Positions 37,460 to 49,041 of a stretch of DNA of 64,000 nucleotides are shown here, piece by piece. Below the pieces are notes generated by a model that was not told the DNA's origin, made no database searches, and saw only the letters and a list, made by a program, of their open reading frames with translations. Every line of letters starts with the position of its first letter. The stretch's first letter is position 1. The translations under genes were made by a program, and so were the position numbers. The DNA comes from Octopus vulgaris (taxonomy: Eukaryota), in assembly GCA_951406725.2 (NCBI GenBank), contig OX597831.1, positions 66,464,001-66,528,000 of the forward strand, given 5' to 3'.

Positions 37460-39130
37460 TTCTGGAAAAAGTTTATATTCTAACTTGGCAAGAATGCTAT
37501 CATTTAAGTCTCTTTCTTCATCAAAACCATGGTCCCACAGTCTTTCTTGACTTTCAAAATGTTGATGGTAATTTTTGCACTTCTTATAGGGAAGCATCTT
37601 TAGATAAGGATTGTTACAGGATGATAATCATTGGATGATAGTTACGGCAGAGGCTTCATTGTTTTGCAAAGGAAGGAAGCACTGTTTGCTATTCTACTCA
37701 AAAACTGTGATCTAAATGATCCAGTATCAATATGGTTAAAGAATTGAAATGATTTTGCAAAAGATTATAAATACTGGATTTAGTTGCAATATCCTGGCAG
37801 GTGAATATAATACAGTGATGAGTTCCACAATGCAGCATGAATTGCTATTGAAGACCGAAGTTGTTTCTATGAGAGGAAATGAATTGCATAAGTATGGACA
37901 CCCACATACCAATCAATCTGAAATTGATAGAACTATTAAAAGAAACTTGCCACAACAGTGAAGATATCTTAAGAAATGGTAGTGAAAAATGAACCCAAAC
38001 TGCTGTCTGAACAAAATTCCTTCTACAAAGCTGTACTTGTTTGTTTTCATGCTCTTGCAGGAGCTGGCAAAATATTTTTTATTTGCCAAAGTGCAACAAC
38101 AGGAAAATATAGCACCGGTTGTTGCTTCTTCAGGTATCACTTTCTGGAAAAAGAAGAATCCACTCTACTTCAAAATGTCCTTGAATTTAGCTAACAATTC
38201 CACACCAATTTATAATATTAGCAAAACATCTGGGATGGGACAAGTAGTAAGAGCTGTCATCTCATTATTTGGGATGAGTGTATGAGGCAAACAAAAAGTC
38301 TTTGGACACTCTGAATTGAAACTTGCAAGATCTATGCAATTCTGAAGTGATGTTACCACTATACCATCAGGAGACTTTTGCCAGACTTTTCCTATAATTC
38401 CAAAGAGTGTAAAGCAGATGAGTTAATAGTGTACTTGAGACGTCTTCTTCGTGAAGACATACAAGAAAAATGAGATTGTAACTCAAAAAAAAGCAGGCCA
38501 TAGCACCAAAGACATGGCTTCTAAAAGTTGGTGTTGATCACAAAACAGTCTATAATATCATGAAACACTACAGTGAGACAGGTTCAGTCAACAGCAAGCC
38601 CATTCTTGAAATAAAACCAAATAATGACATACATACATACATATTGGCCTCTTTGGACATTATTACTTGCCAGATTTTTACTGATACAAAGCTATTACAT
38701 TCAACACTAAGAAAATGAGAAACATTTTTTTGAGTAATGATTTGTCTGAAGAATTTGTGTGCCTTGATAAAAATTGTTTAAATACATCTCTAATTTAAGT
38801 TTCATCACTTGAAATAACAGCAGGAGTATTTTTGAATTTTCAGGATGACTCGAAGAACTACACATAGTTCAGTGAAATGGCAAAATGCATACCAAAAGAT
38901 ATCGCTATCAACAATATGAACTATAAGCTACTGGAGTACATTGGAAGATCACCATTTAATAATCAACCCAACTGTCTGTCTTGGCATATATAAGAACTTG
39001 GTTGATTATTTCATACGAGGAAATTATTGGGGAAAATCTAAACTGAATAACTCAACAGTTTATCAAAATCTTTCAACAGAGAAACACTCATTCATTGCGA
39101 AAATTCTTACCATGCAATCATGAGAGTAAA
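37460..39130 (+). mobile_element. Decayed Helitron RepHel (Pif1-type helicase) remnant
   Basis: GLLQDDNHW, VASSGIT, PIYNISKTSGMGQV, WDECM and GDF-x-Q-like motifs across broken frames. Right limit uncertain. Confidence 0.75.
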
Positions 39131-39265
39131 GAATGGTAGGTGCTGAATATGTGCTGAGTGGTCAGAAAAGAGTTTAAAGATAGATATTTATATAACTGAG
39201 AACTTATTGCAGATACTCAAAGAAAGACTTATACATGTATGTATGTGTATGTATGTATATATATA

Positions 39266-40022
39266 TCATCATCATCATCATCATCATCGTTTAGCGTCCG
39301 CTTTCCATGCTAGCATGGGTTGGACGGGTCAACTGGGGTCTGTGAAGCTGGAAGGCTTCATCAGGCCCAGTCAGATCTGGCAGTGTTTCTACGGCTGGAT
39401 GCCCTTCCTAACGCCAACCACTCTGCGAGTGTAGTGGGTGTTTTTTACGTGCCACCTGCACAGGTGCCAGACAGAGCTGGCGAACGGCCACGAACGGATG
39501 GTGCTTTTACGTGTCACCGGCACGGGGCCAGGCGATGCTGGCAACGGACACGAACGGATGGTGCTTTTACGTGCCACCGACATGGGGCCAGACAGAGCTG
39601 GCAAACGGCCACGAACGGACGGTGCTTTTACGTGTCACCGGCACGGGGGCCAGCCGAGGCTGGCAACGGACGCGAACGGATGGTGCTTTTACATGCCACC
39701 GACATGGTTGCCAGACAACGCTGGCAAATGGCCACGAGCGGACGGTGCTTTTACGTGTCACCGGCACGGGGGCCAGCCGAGGCTGGCAACGGACACGAAC
39801 GGATGGTGCTTTTACGTGCCACTGACACGGGGCCAGACAGAGCTGGCAAACGGCCACGAACGGATGGTGCTTTTACGTGCCACCGACACAGGGCCAGACA
39901 GAGCTGGCAAACGGCCACGGACGGACGGTGCTTTTACGTGTCACCGGCACGGCGCCAGGCGAGGCTGGCAACGAACACGAACGGATGGTGCTTTTACGTG
40001 CCACCGACACCGACACGGGGCC
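39266..40022 (-). mobile_element. RTE 3' end with ~10 tandem 60-62-bp units, between TA tracts
   Basis: (CAT)n tail on plus; repeated GGTGCTTTTACGTG.CACCG.CAC. Confidence 0.9.
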
Positions 40023-40041
40023 ACATATATATATATATATA

Positions 40042-40327
40042 ATTCACATAGAAATACAATAAGAGCTTCCAAATAGGAAAGCCTTGTGCTAGAAAGAGCA
40101 GTATGAAACTCGAACCACCAATTAAGGATAAATTCTCGAAAGGAATGAAAATTAAAAACGTTTACCATCTCAATTATTTCCCAGATCATAATAATTGAGA
40201 TGGTAAACGTTTTTAATTTTCATTCCTTTCGAGAATTTATCCTTAATTGGTGGTTTAAGTTTTCTACTGCTCTTTCTAGCACAAGGCTTTCCTATTTGGA
40301 AGCCTCTTGTTGTATTTCTATGTGAAT
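40042..40327. repeat. ~135-bp near-perfect inverted repeat between (TA)n tracts
   Basis: ATTCACATAGAAATACAA...CATCTCAATTAT, short spacer, ATAATTGAGATG...TTGTATTTCTATGTGAAT. Confidence 0.92.
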
Positions 40328-40410
40328 AATATGTAGTCTAATGACTAATTCGTTTTTGTTCTAGGCCACTGGTAATAATAATTTCTTATTACCCTATTGT
40401 TATTCATTAT

Positions 40411-40464
<54 letters not shown>

Positions 40465-40680
40465 GCTAGTTTAGATGATGGAAATTTTCTATGGACATAC
40501 ACTTTATGTCAAGAGGAGTTCAATATCAATAAAGAGTAAAGTGAAATATATTAAATATGTAATACGTTTCATTGTTCTTTAAATATATTTACAGGCCATC
40601 TATTTTGTTTCAAAACTTTTACAATTTATTTTCAAATTTACCCATATACTGCTTTACTTTCTACATTTAATAATAATATA

Positions 40681-42351
40681 CGAGGGTTGGCTGAAAAGTT
40701 CATAAGCTGACCAAGATACTCTCAGTAAAGTGACCAAATGAGGTTCATTTTTCAACATAGTGCCCCTTGTGGTCCACACACTTCTTCCATTGGTATTGCA
40801 GTGCTTTGAACCGTCAATGAAGAAGCTTTCATCCTGTTGAACAAAAAAGTCATTAACAGCTGATATGACATGATCATCACTGCGACATTGGTTCCCAGCC
40901 AAGAGATTTCTTGGGTCAAACATAAGATTCGGGATGGTTATCAACCAGTTCAAAACCAGTCACACACACAGTAGTCGTAGTAAGCAATATCATGTGTTCT
41001 GGTGCATTGTCCTGTTGAAACAAAACCAATTTTGTCAGTTTTCCTGGGCATTTGGTCTTGATAGCCTTTTGTAACTGCCTCAGCAAGTTGGCATAGTACT
41101 TGACATTGATGGTGTGGCACTGAAGATAGTCAAGAAGCAATAATGCCTTTTACATCCAAAAAAAACTGAGGCCATCACCTTCCCTGCAGATGAAACGACC
41201 TTGGCCTTCTTCGGAGCAGGTGAGGAGGCAAGTTTCCACTGCATAGATTGTCTCTTTGTCTCTGCTTCAAAGTGATGAACCCAACACTCTTCCTGGTTAG
41301 GAAAAGTTCAAGGCAACTAGCTGGATATGCGTCAAACAATGTCAGATATTCCCACGATGTCATCAGCCTGGTGCACTTTTGATTGGGTGTCAGATGTGGC
41401 ACCCACCGAACAGAAACCTTTGTCATTGTGCAGAATATCCTTAACTCTCTCATGGGATATGCTAATAGCATTGGCTATTTGATTTATCATTAATTACCTG
41501 TTATCCATCATCATGTGGTGAACATGATCAATGTTTTTTCTTGGTGGTGGTGGTTGCAAGACATTATCCTCAAGATTGTCCCTTCCCCTCCTAAATTCAG
41601 CTGCCCACTTTTGCACTGTTGATAATGTTGGAGTATCATCTATGGTTCTTGGTCTCAAGCATTTGTCTTATGAAGAAAGGCTGAAGACGCTCGACCTTTA
41701 TTCTCTAGAAAAACGATGATGCCAAGGTGATCTCATTCTTGCTCACAACATCATGAGCGGAAAGTGTAACCTCTCGAAAGAGCTGTTCTTCACTCCTACT
41801 CCAGAGCATCAGCTGCGGGGTCACTCTGAAAAGCTCTAACTGCGACAATTTCATCTCAATCAAAGGAGAGGGGCTTTCTCCGTCCGGGTTGCGGATCCGT
41901 GGAATAAGCTACCGGACGGGATAGTGAAGATGCCGACGACTACTCGGTTCAAAGTCTCCCTTGACCACAAGTGGCCTAAACTCTTTACATGAACACCACC
42001 CTGTACATAACTCCATGTCCCCCTACATGGCCTTGCTTTTTGCTTTTTGAGCCAAAAAATTAACTAACTAACTAACTAAAGTAGCAACCATGTAAGCATG
42101 AATGTCCTTGGCGCTTCTAAACCGTTTTTCTGCAGGTACTTGATAACACCATGATGCCAAATTTTGTCCATTTTCAAGAAAAATCACTACTAGTTACTTT
42201 TGAAGTCTTCTTTGAACAGTCAAATATCAGTTTACCTGGAACGAAACAATGTAGTTATTTACAAGAAGTGTTGAAATTAATGCATGCAAGAATTCATGGC
42301 TCTAGCATCTCTCCTCCAGAGTCAACCTATGAACTTTTCAGCCCACCCTTG
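40681..42351 (-). mobile_element. Decayed mariner transposon with nested CR1 fragment
   Basis: TA|CGAGGGTTGGCTGAAAAGTTCATA...TATGAACTTTTCAGCCCACCCTTG|TA; motifs WVPH, YYANLL and QDNAP; about 1.23 kb without the insert. Confidence 0.9.
41640..42080 (+). mobile_element. CR1 3' fragment with (TAAC)n tail
   Basis: GLKHLSYEERLKTLDLYSLEKR; tail TAACTAACTAACTAAC. Confidence 0.88.
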
Positions 42352-43605
42352 TAAAGTTGATTTATCATTTTCAATGCATATCCAGACTCTGAAAAATTAC
42401 CATGCTAGTCATTTAGTATTCTAATAATATTGCTATAGTATTTATAGAAATGATTAAGATCTTTAGAATTTGTTTTACCTTTCTTTTCAGCTTGGGTGGC
42501 CATGTATTTCCTCTACAATAAGACACCTGTTCTTGTTCCTTTATCAAACTGTAACTGTTCAAAACCTGGCACAAAGCCACCTCTCCCAATACTATTCCAT
42601 CCCCAATCTCGGTCAGTCAAGAAGGTCTTGTCCTGCAAGTTACATGGTCATCTTGCAGGTGTCAGAACCACAAAAATAGCATTTAGTACAGTGGTTGGCG
42701 TTAGGAAGAGCATCCAGCTGTAGAAACTCTGCCAGATCAAGACTGGAGCCTGGTGCAGCCATCTGGTTGCCAGCCCTCAGTCAAAACCGTCCAACCCATG
42801 CTAGCATGGAAAACGGACGTTAAATGATGATGATGATATAAAGTGGTGGATGTCAGGAAGGCATCCAGCTGTAGAGACCGTGCCAAAGCTGACACTGGAC
42901 CTCAACACAGTCCTCCAGTTGGTCAGATCCAGTCAAAGCATCCTACTCATGCCAGCATGGAAGATAGACATTAAATGATGATGAAGAAGAGGATATATAT
43001 TTACACATACACACATCATTATACCACTGGGGTAAGGAGCAATGCAAAACATTATTACATATTAAAATAACGCTTAATTACAGACTATAAAAAAAGGTTC
43101 ACACAAAAGGTGTAAATTTAAAATTTATGTCGTTAAATCTAACAATGGACGTTATACTCTATTTTTATTGTAATCAGAGTAAATAACAGAACTACTTACA
43201 ATACATAAAAGTACTCAATTTTTTTTTTATGAATATGGCTACAAACAGATGATACCAAGAATATCGAATACATTTATAAAGAAGATATGTGCTACAGATG
43301 GTCAAGTTAATAGACAGTTAAATTTCCATGAGAGCATGACCAATTAGTATATTGCCACTAGTTAATATCTTCAGAAACCTAGACATTCAACTACATACAT
43401 ACAAACCAATGTGACTGCCATGATAGATCATTAGCCACTACACATATTTTTTTCTCTCCTTGTTTTTTTCTGTGTCCCTTTCTGTAGAAAAGCATAGGCT
43501 CAAAATGTAAAAGACTTTTTCTATTCCTGAGCGTTATACTAATACATCTGTTTGTTTTGTACTACACCACCTGTCTTCGTCTTGTGTTTTTTCCGTAAAC
43601 TCTCC

Positions 43606-43674
<69 letters not shown>

Positions 43675-43891
43675 CATATGTATATATATATTTTTCTTTT
43701 TTAATGTGTATGTTGAATTTTCACCACCTGTTTTACTAAATTTAGCTTTGGCAATAACATTTCCAAAAGTTCTCACATTTATCTTTTGCTTTTATATCAC
43801 TTAGGTTTCATGTGCAAATAAATTTTAACAGAGAGTCTAACCTGAAAGTGTCTAGAAATAAATATTTTTATAGAAACATCAAAATACTTAC

Positions 43892-44041
43892 ATCATCTTC
43901 ACTCTTGGCACTGTGAGATTGTAAGATTGATCTGTCCTTACTGCGGTCTTTATTGGAGAGTTGAGATTGTTCACTAATATTGAGATTCATTTTTTTCTTA
44001 TTTACAATATTGGTAAAAAATGCTGAACTAGGGTCAAAATC
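43892..44041 (-). CDS. TTC31: TTC31-like exon (DFDPSSAFFTNIVNKKK...AKSEDD)
   Basis: ctacag acceptor, GTAAGT donor; 150 nt open, phase 0-0. Confidence 0.85.
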
Positions 44042-45144
44042 CTGTAGAAGAAGAACTTGTATGGTTAAAACAGAGCAAGGAAAATTACAACAGGCTAGAT
44101 TACAACAAAATTAAGAGGAATTAAGGATAGCATGGATTTGGAAAGAAAAAAATGAAGAATATGCTACTATGCTTAACATCCAGTTGTTTTTAATGAGTCA
44201 ATATTGCAAATTTAAATCATTTACTAAAATCAATTTGTTGGGATTAATTATACTCTCTTTTACTCTTTTACTTGTTTCAGTCATGTGACTGTGGCCATGC
44301 TGGAGCACCGCCTTTGGTCGAGCAAATCGACCCCCGGACTTATTCTTTGTAAGCCTAGTACTTATTCTATCAGTCTCTTTTGCCGAACCACTAAGTTACG
44401 GGGACATAAACACACCAGCATTGGTTGTCAAGCGATGTTGGGGGGAGAAACACAGACACACAAACGTATACACACACATACATATATACGACGGGCTTCT
44501 TTCAATTTCCGTCTACCAAATCCAATCACAAGGCTTTGGTCGGCCCGAGGCTATAGTAGAAGACACTTGCCCAAGGTGCCACGCAGTGGGACTGAACCCA
44601 GAACCATGTGGTTGGTAAGCAAGCTACTTACCACACAGCCACTCCTACGCCTATAAATTTTCACAAGAATCATCAAGAACATTAAAAAAAAAGAAAACGG
44701 AGAAAAAAATCACTAATAATCTACTAAAGAAAATATGTAGAGAAGTTTATTGTATGTTTATAGTTTGACGTTATTTAGTGATGTAACATAAATATAGAAA
44801 AGAAAACCAAAAAGCCAGTGCTTTAGATGTGAAGTCTCTTAAGGTATTTATTCTACATCATCTCTATATATATAAACGGCAAAATGTCAGCATGTGTGTC
44901 CTTTATATAAATCCACAATTTTTCAGTTACAGGGCTCGCACTTTCTATGGTCATTTAAAACCATCCAAGGGTGGTTGTGCACATCTTTACATGCCTGAAC
45001 CTATGTTAGAAATTATTATTTTCCCAAAGGTATGCGTTTTCACACACACACACACACACACATGTATGTATATATATATGTATACAATCAACATAAAAGT
45101 TATATTTTTTATACAAGAATAAGAGTGTTGAAGAAAATACTTAC

Positions 45145-45175
45145 TGCTTCGTCATCTGTGGTATCTGAAACTAAT
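45145..45175 (-). CDS. TTC31: TTC31-like exon (LLVSDTTDDEA)
   Basis: Pyrimidine tract + ctcag acceptor, GTAAGT donor; 31 nt, phase 2-0. Confidence 0.75.
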
Positions 45176-45374
45176 CTGAGGAAAAAGAATAAAAGCAAAA
45201 TTTCTAAATATCAAATGGATTATCCTCTCTACATAAGTAAATCTATCAAAGAGGCAAATTTCAAATGAAAATGATACTCCAACGACAAATTCAAAACATG
45301 GTTTATACACATTAACACTGATATCACCAATTAGTCTATGTATTTACATTGTTTTAAGATAGTTGTAAATGTTT

Positions 45375-45860
45375 AACCCTGAAGCATTTAAACCAACCGA
45401 CTGGCCTCCGTGCCGGTGGCACTCAAAAGGCACCAACCAATCGTGGCCGTTTGCCAGCCTCCTCTGGCACCTGTGTCAGTGGCACGTAAAAAGCACCCAC
45501 TACACTCACGGAGTGGTTGGCATTAGGAAGGGCATCCAGCCGTAGAAACACTGCCAGATCAGACTGGAGCCTGGTGCAGCCTCCTGGCTTCCCAGACCCC
45601 AGTTGAACCGTCCAACCCATGCTAGCATGGAAAGTGGACGCTAAACGATGATGATGATGATGATATCCAGCCAAAATATTCTGCCTGTTTTATGTTGAAA
45701 CTGGCAAGATCAAGCCTGTCACACTACAATGTCATTTTAAAAATAAACAATCATGCCATCAAAATCTTGAAAGCTACAAGACAATGCATGATTAATTCAA
45801 AACAATTTGGATTAATATGCATTATGTTTGACAGAGTAATCTGAATGCTAAAGTGTTTAA
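45375..45860. mobile_element. Second TTAA-type MITE interrupted by an RTE 3' end
   Basis: TTAACCCTGAAGCATTT...GAATGCTAAAGTGTTTAA; insert at about 45397-45663. Confidence 0.55.
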
Positions 45861-45934
45861 CATAGCCTACATGGTAAAACAAGCATGAAGGCCAATACAT
45901 GTTTCTCTTGTTAGACTTTTTATAAATAATATAA

Positions 45935-46570
45935 TAATGAAATTATTGTATAGTGCTCAGGTGCACCACAACTTGTCAGAAAGTGCATATAAAGTATATG
46001 CAGTAATGTACAAATGTCTGGAAAGCGAACAATGTATGAGTCAGATACATGCTTGCGTGTGTATGGAGGGGAGAAAATCAGGTGTAGTGTTGGCGAATCT
46101 CAGAAAGCATGGAAGTTTTGAAGGATGCAGTGCTCCGACAACTAACAACTGATGCCGGCAGTCTGTTCCATGCTTAAGCAACTCTCAGCATGAAAAAATG
46201 TTTCCGAAAGTCATGGGAGCCGTGCTGTTTTCTGACTTTGTAAATATGCCCATAGGTGTTAGACGGGTGGAGTTTGAAAAGGTGCTCAGAGTTATTGTTT
46301 GTAAGATGGTTAATAATTTTATAGGTGTCTGCCAAGTCAGCTGCCAGACGTCAGAGTTTCAATGTGTCCATACCCAGGGAAGTAAGGCGTTCAGAATATG
46401 GCAAATGCTTGATGGAGGGTATTCTTTTGGCTGCACATCACTGAACGGCTTCCAGACAATTAATATCCTGGGCAAGATAGGGGTTCCAGATCGGTGATGC
46501 AAATTCCAGGTGAGGTCTTACCGTAGCTATATAAAGCCACAGAGGTCTTACCATAGCTATATAAAGCCGA
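45935..46570 (-). mobile_element. CR1-like LINE 3' fragment, second lineage
   Basis: RPHLEFASPIWNPYLAQDINCLEAVQ..HLPYSERL; a 27-bp tandem duplication marks the 5' truncation. Confidence 0.8.
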
Positions 46571-47343
46571 AGATATTTGTAGAGGTTCATTACTGCATCA
46601 TTAATAGTAAGCAATTAGAGAAGAGGCTGCATTCATGGTCAAGAATAGCCATACAAACAAATATCTATTTTCATACATTTATTATCTTTAGCTTTTCATA
46701 TCTCACATATGTACAGAAGTGAACTTATATAATGCTAAAGAATATTTCAGAGTGTTTATGAGCAAAACTTGAAGATTTACTACATGGAAGATGTAGAGAA
46801 TGTTCTTATTAAATTTATTATGTTGTGTGTGTTGCACATTATTACAGAAATAAGAGAAAATAGAGCAGATAAATAGATGGATGGATAGATGTCAACATTA
46901 AAATGCAAGGATAATTAACCTTTGTCAAACACGTATTTATAGAGTATTATATAAAAGCAACTAGAACAGGTAAAAGCACATTTTATAGAACAAAGTGGAC
47001 TTCAAATTACAACTTTATACAAACCTGGGCAAGACTTTCCAGAAACTTTAAATTGCAAATTAGCAGGAAATTTACATAATCTATTGATAAATGCCAGCTT
47101 ATTGGGTTGTAAGCATTAACAGGAGTGTTCTGTTCTCTGAAGGGGTTAACTATGCTTTTTATGGATAAATGTGTAGGTTGTGGCTCCTACGTGGAAATTC
47201 AAGCAAGATGGTTTGAATTTAGCCATACTCTCACAACATATTTTTACATGACTGTCTTTTTTGGCAGGTTTCATTAGAAAATATGATGCTGACGATGTTA
47301 AATAAACCAAAACATGTCCATAATTGTTTCTTACCAGCATATA

Positions 47344-47541
47344 CAAGGGGGTACTGGAAAGTTCCTGACTTTGAGTAAAAGAAAATAGAGGCATCAGTTA
47401 ATTATGATTTTATCCAACGTATTCCCCTCTCAGATTCACACTTTTTACAGCAGTCTTTCAGTTTTTCTAAGCCCTGTAAAAGAACTCAGAAGGTTGGGCC
47501 TGCAACACACTCAAAACCAGGAACTTTTCAGCACCCTCTCA
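47344..47541. mobile_element. Mariner-derived MITE
   Basis: TA|CAAGGGGGTACTGGAAAGTTCCTG...CAGGAACTTTTCAGCACCCTCTCA|TA. Confidence 0.7.
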
Positions 47542-48169
47542 TAAATCAATTTTGGTGCATTAATTCTTAATTTCTTGAAATTATCTCCCCTTTCCTCTGA
47601 GATTATCAAACAATTACTGTTAGATTTTTCTTTTCTGTCTCAGACTAAGAGAGAAATTTCAATAAATTGATGTATTGCACATGGCATTCAATAAATATTT
47701 CTTTACTACCCACAAGGAGATAAACACAGAGGGGACAAACAAGGACAGACATAGGTATTAAGTCGATTACATCGACCCCAGTGTGTAACTGGTACTTAAT
47801 TTATCAACCCCGAAAGGATGAAAGGCAAAGTCGACCTCGATGGAATTTGAACCCAGAACGTTACGTCAGACGGAATACGACTGCGCATTCCGCCCGGCAT
47901 CCTAACCATTCTGCCAGCTCGCCGCCTTCATTGCATTCAATATAGTAACCTTTAAGTTAATGAGCTAACGAAAGTTAAACTTGTTTCCGAAAGATATTTG
48001 TGATGCATTATTGGCAAACTAAACCTCTTAATATGGTCTTCTAAAACTCAAGACACACTGCAAAATGTCTTGCATATAAAAATGAAAATAGTTTAATTAT
48101 TCAGAATTTTAAGCTAGACATTTAAACCACAAAAAAGTCTATGATAAGATTTAAAGGTGTAACACTTAC

Positions 48170-48249
48170 AGTTTATTACTGTTCTTTGATTTCTGCTCCT
48201 TTCTGGAATCACTGAAATCTTTAGCCTTATTTTGGGAAGTGTTTCCATT
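48170..48249 (-). CDS. TTC31: TTC31-like exon (NGNTSQNKAKDFSDSRKEQKSKNSNK)
   Basis: tttag acceptor, GTAAGT donor; 80 nt, phase 0-2, open frame; its phase matches the 31-nt exon that follows. Confidence 0.75.
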
Positions 48250-49041
48250 CTAAACAAAGTTAGATAAAATAAATACATGTAAAAATTTTCTAAAAGGTTA
48301 GGCTTAGAAACAGAGAGTACAAGTTCACTGTTTAAAATGAGGGAGGTGAGCAATGAAAATACTTTGAACATCTTGTGTTTGCGCCCACCTAAGTAAATTT
48401 CATTCCTTTGCTTATGATAATTTTCAATATAAGATATGTGAGTACGGAGAGGAATGTTAACAGTGTTTGTGTATGTGTTGAAAGCATGAAAGTGGCTAAC
48501 CAACCACATGGTTCAGGGTTCAGTCCCACTGCGTGGCATCTTGGGCAAGTGTCTTCTGCTATAGCTCCGGGCCGACCAATGCCTTGTGAGTGGATTTGGT
48601 AGATGGAAACTGAAAGAAGCCTGTCGTATATATATTTATATATATATATCATCATCATCATCATCATCATCATCGTTTAACGTCCGCTTTCCGCGCTAGC
48701 ACGGGTTGGACGGTTTGACCGGGTCTGGGAAGCCAGGGGCCGCTCCAGGCTCCAGTCTGAATCTGGCAGAGTTTCTACGGCTGGATGCCCTTCCTAACGC
48801 CAACCACTCCGTGAGTGGATTGGGTGCTTTTTACGTGCCACCTGCACAGGGGCCGGAGGGTCCGGCATCGTCACGATCGGTTCGAGCATTTTAACGTGTC
48901 AGCGGCACGGGGGCAACGAGGTCCGGGGTACTTTGGGGATCGGGGTACTTTGGGGATCCAGGGTACTTTGGGGATCCGGGGTACTTAGAATGGGTAGGGG
49001 GTATGTGGAATTGCTGCAGAAAGCAGCCCGGGTCTTTGTAG

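Noticed and set aside
39436-40022. CRISPR-like repeat/spacer appearance, also at 9620-9905 and 52594-52766
   Set aside because: The apparent spacers are homologous to each other, the arrays lie in LINE UTRs, no cas genes are present and the DNA is eukaryotic.
39320-40076. 240-aa and 212-aa repetitive ORFs
   Set aside because: Antisense readings of the GC-rich RTE UTR array; open in several frames and with no domain.
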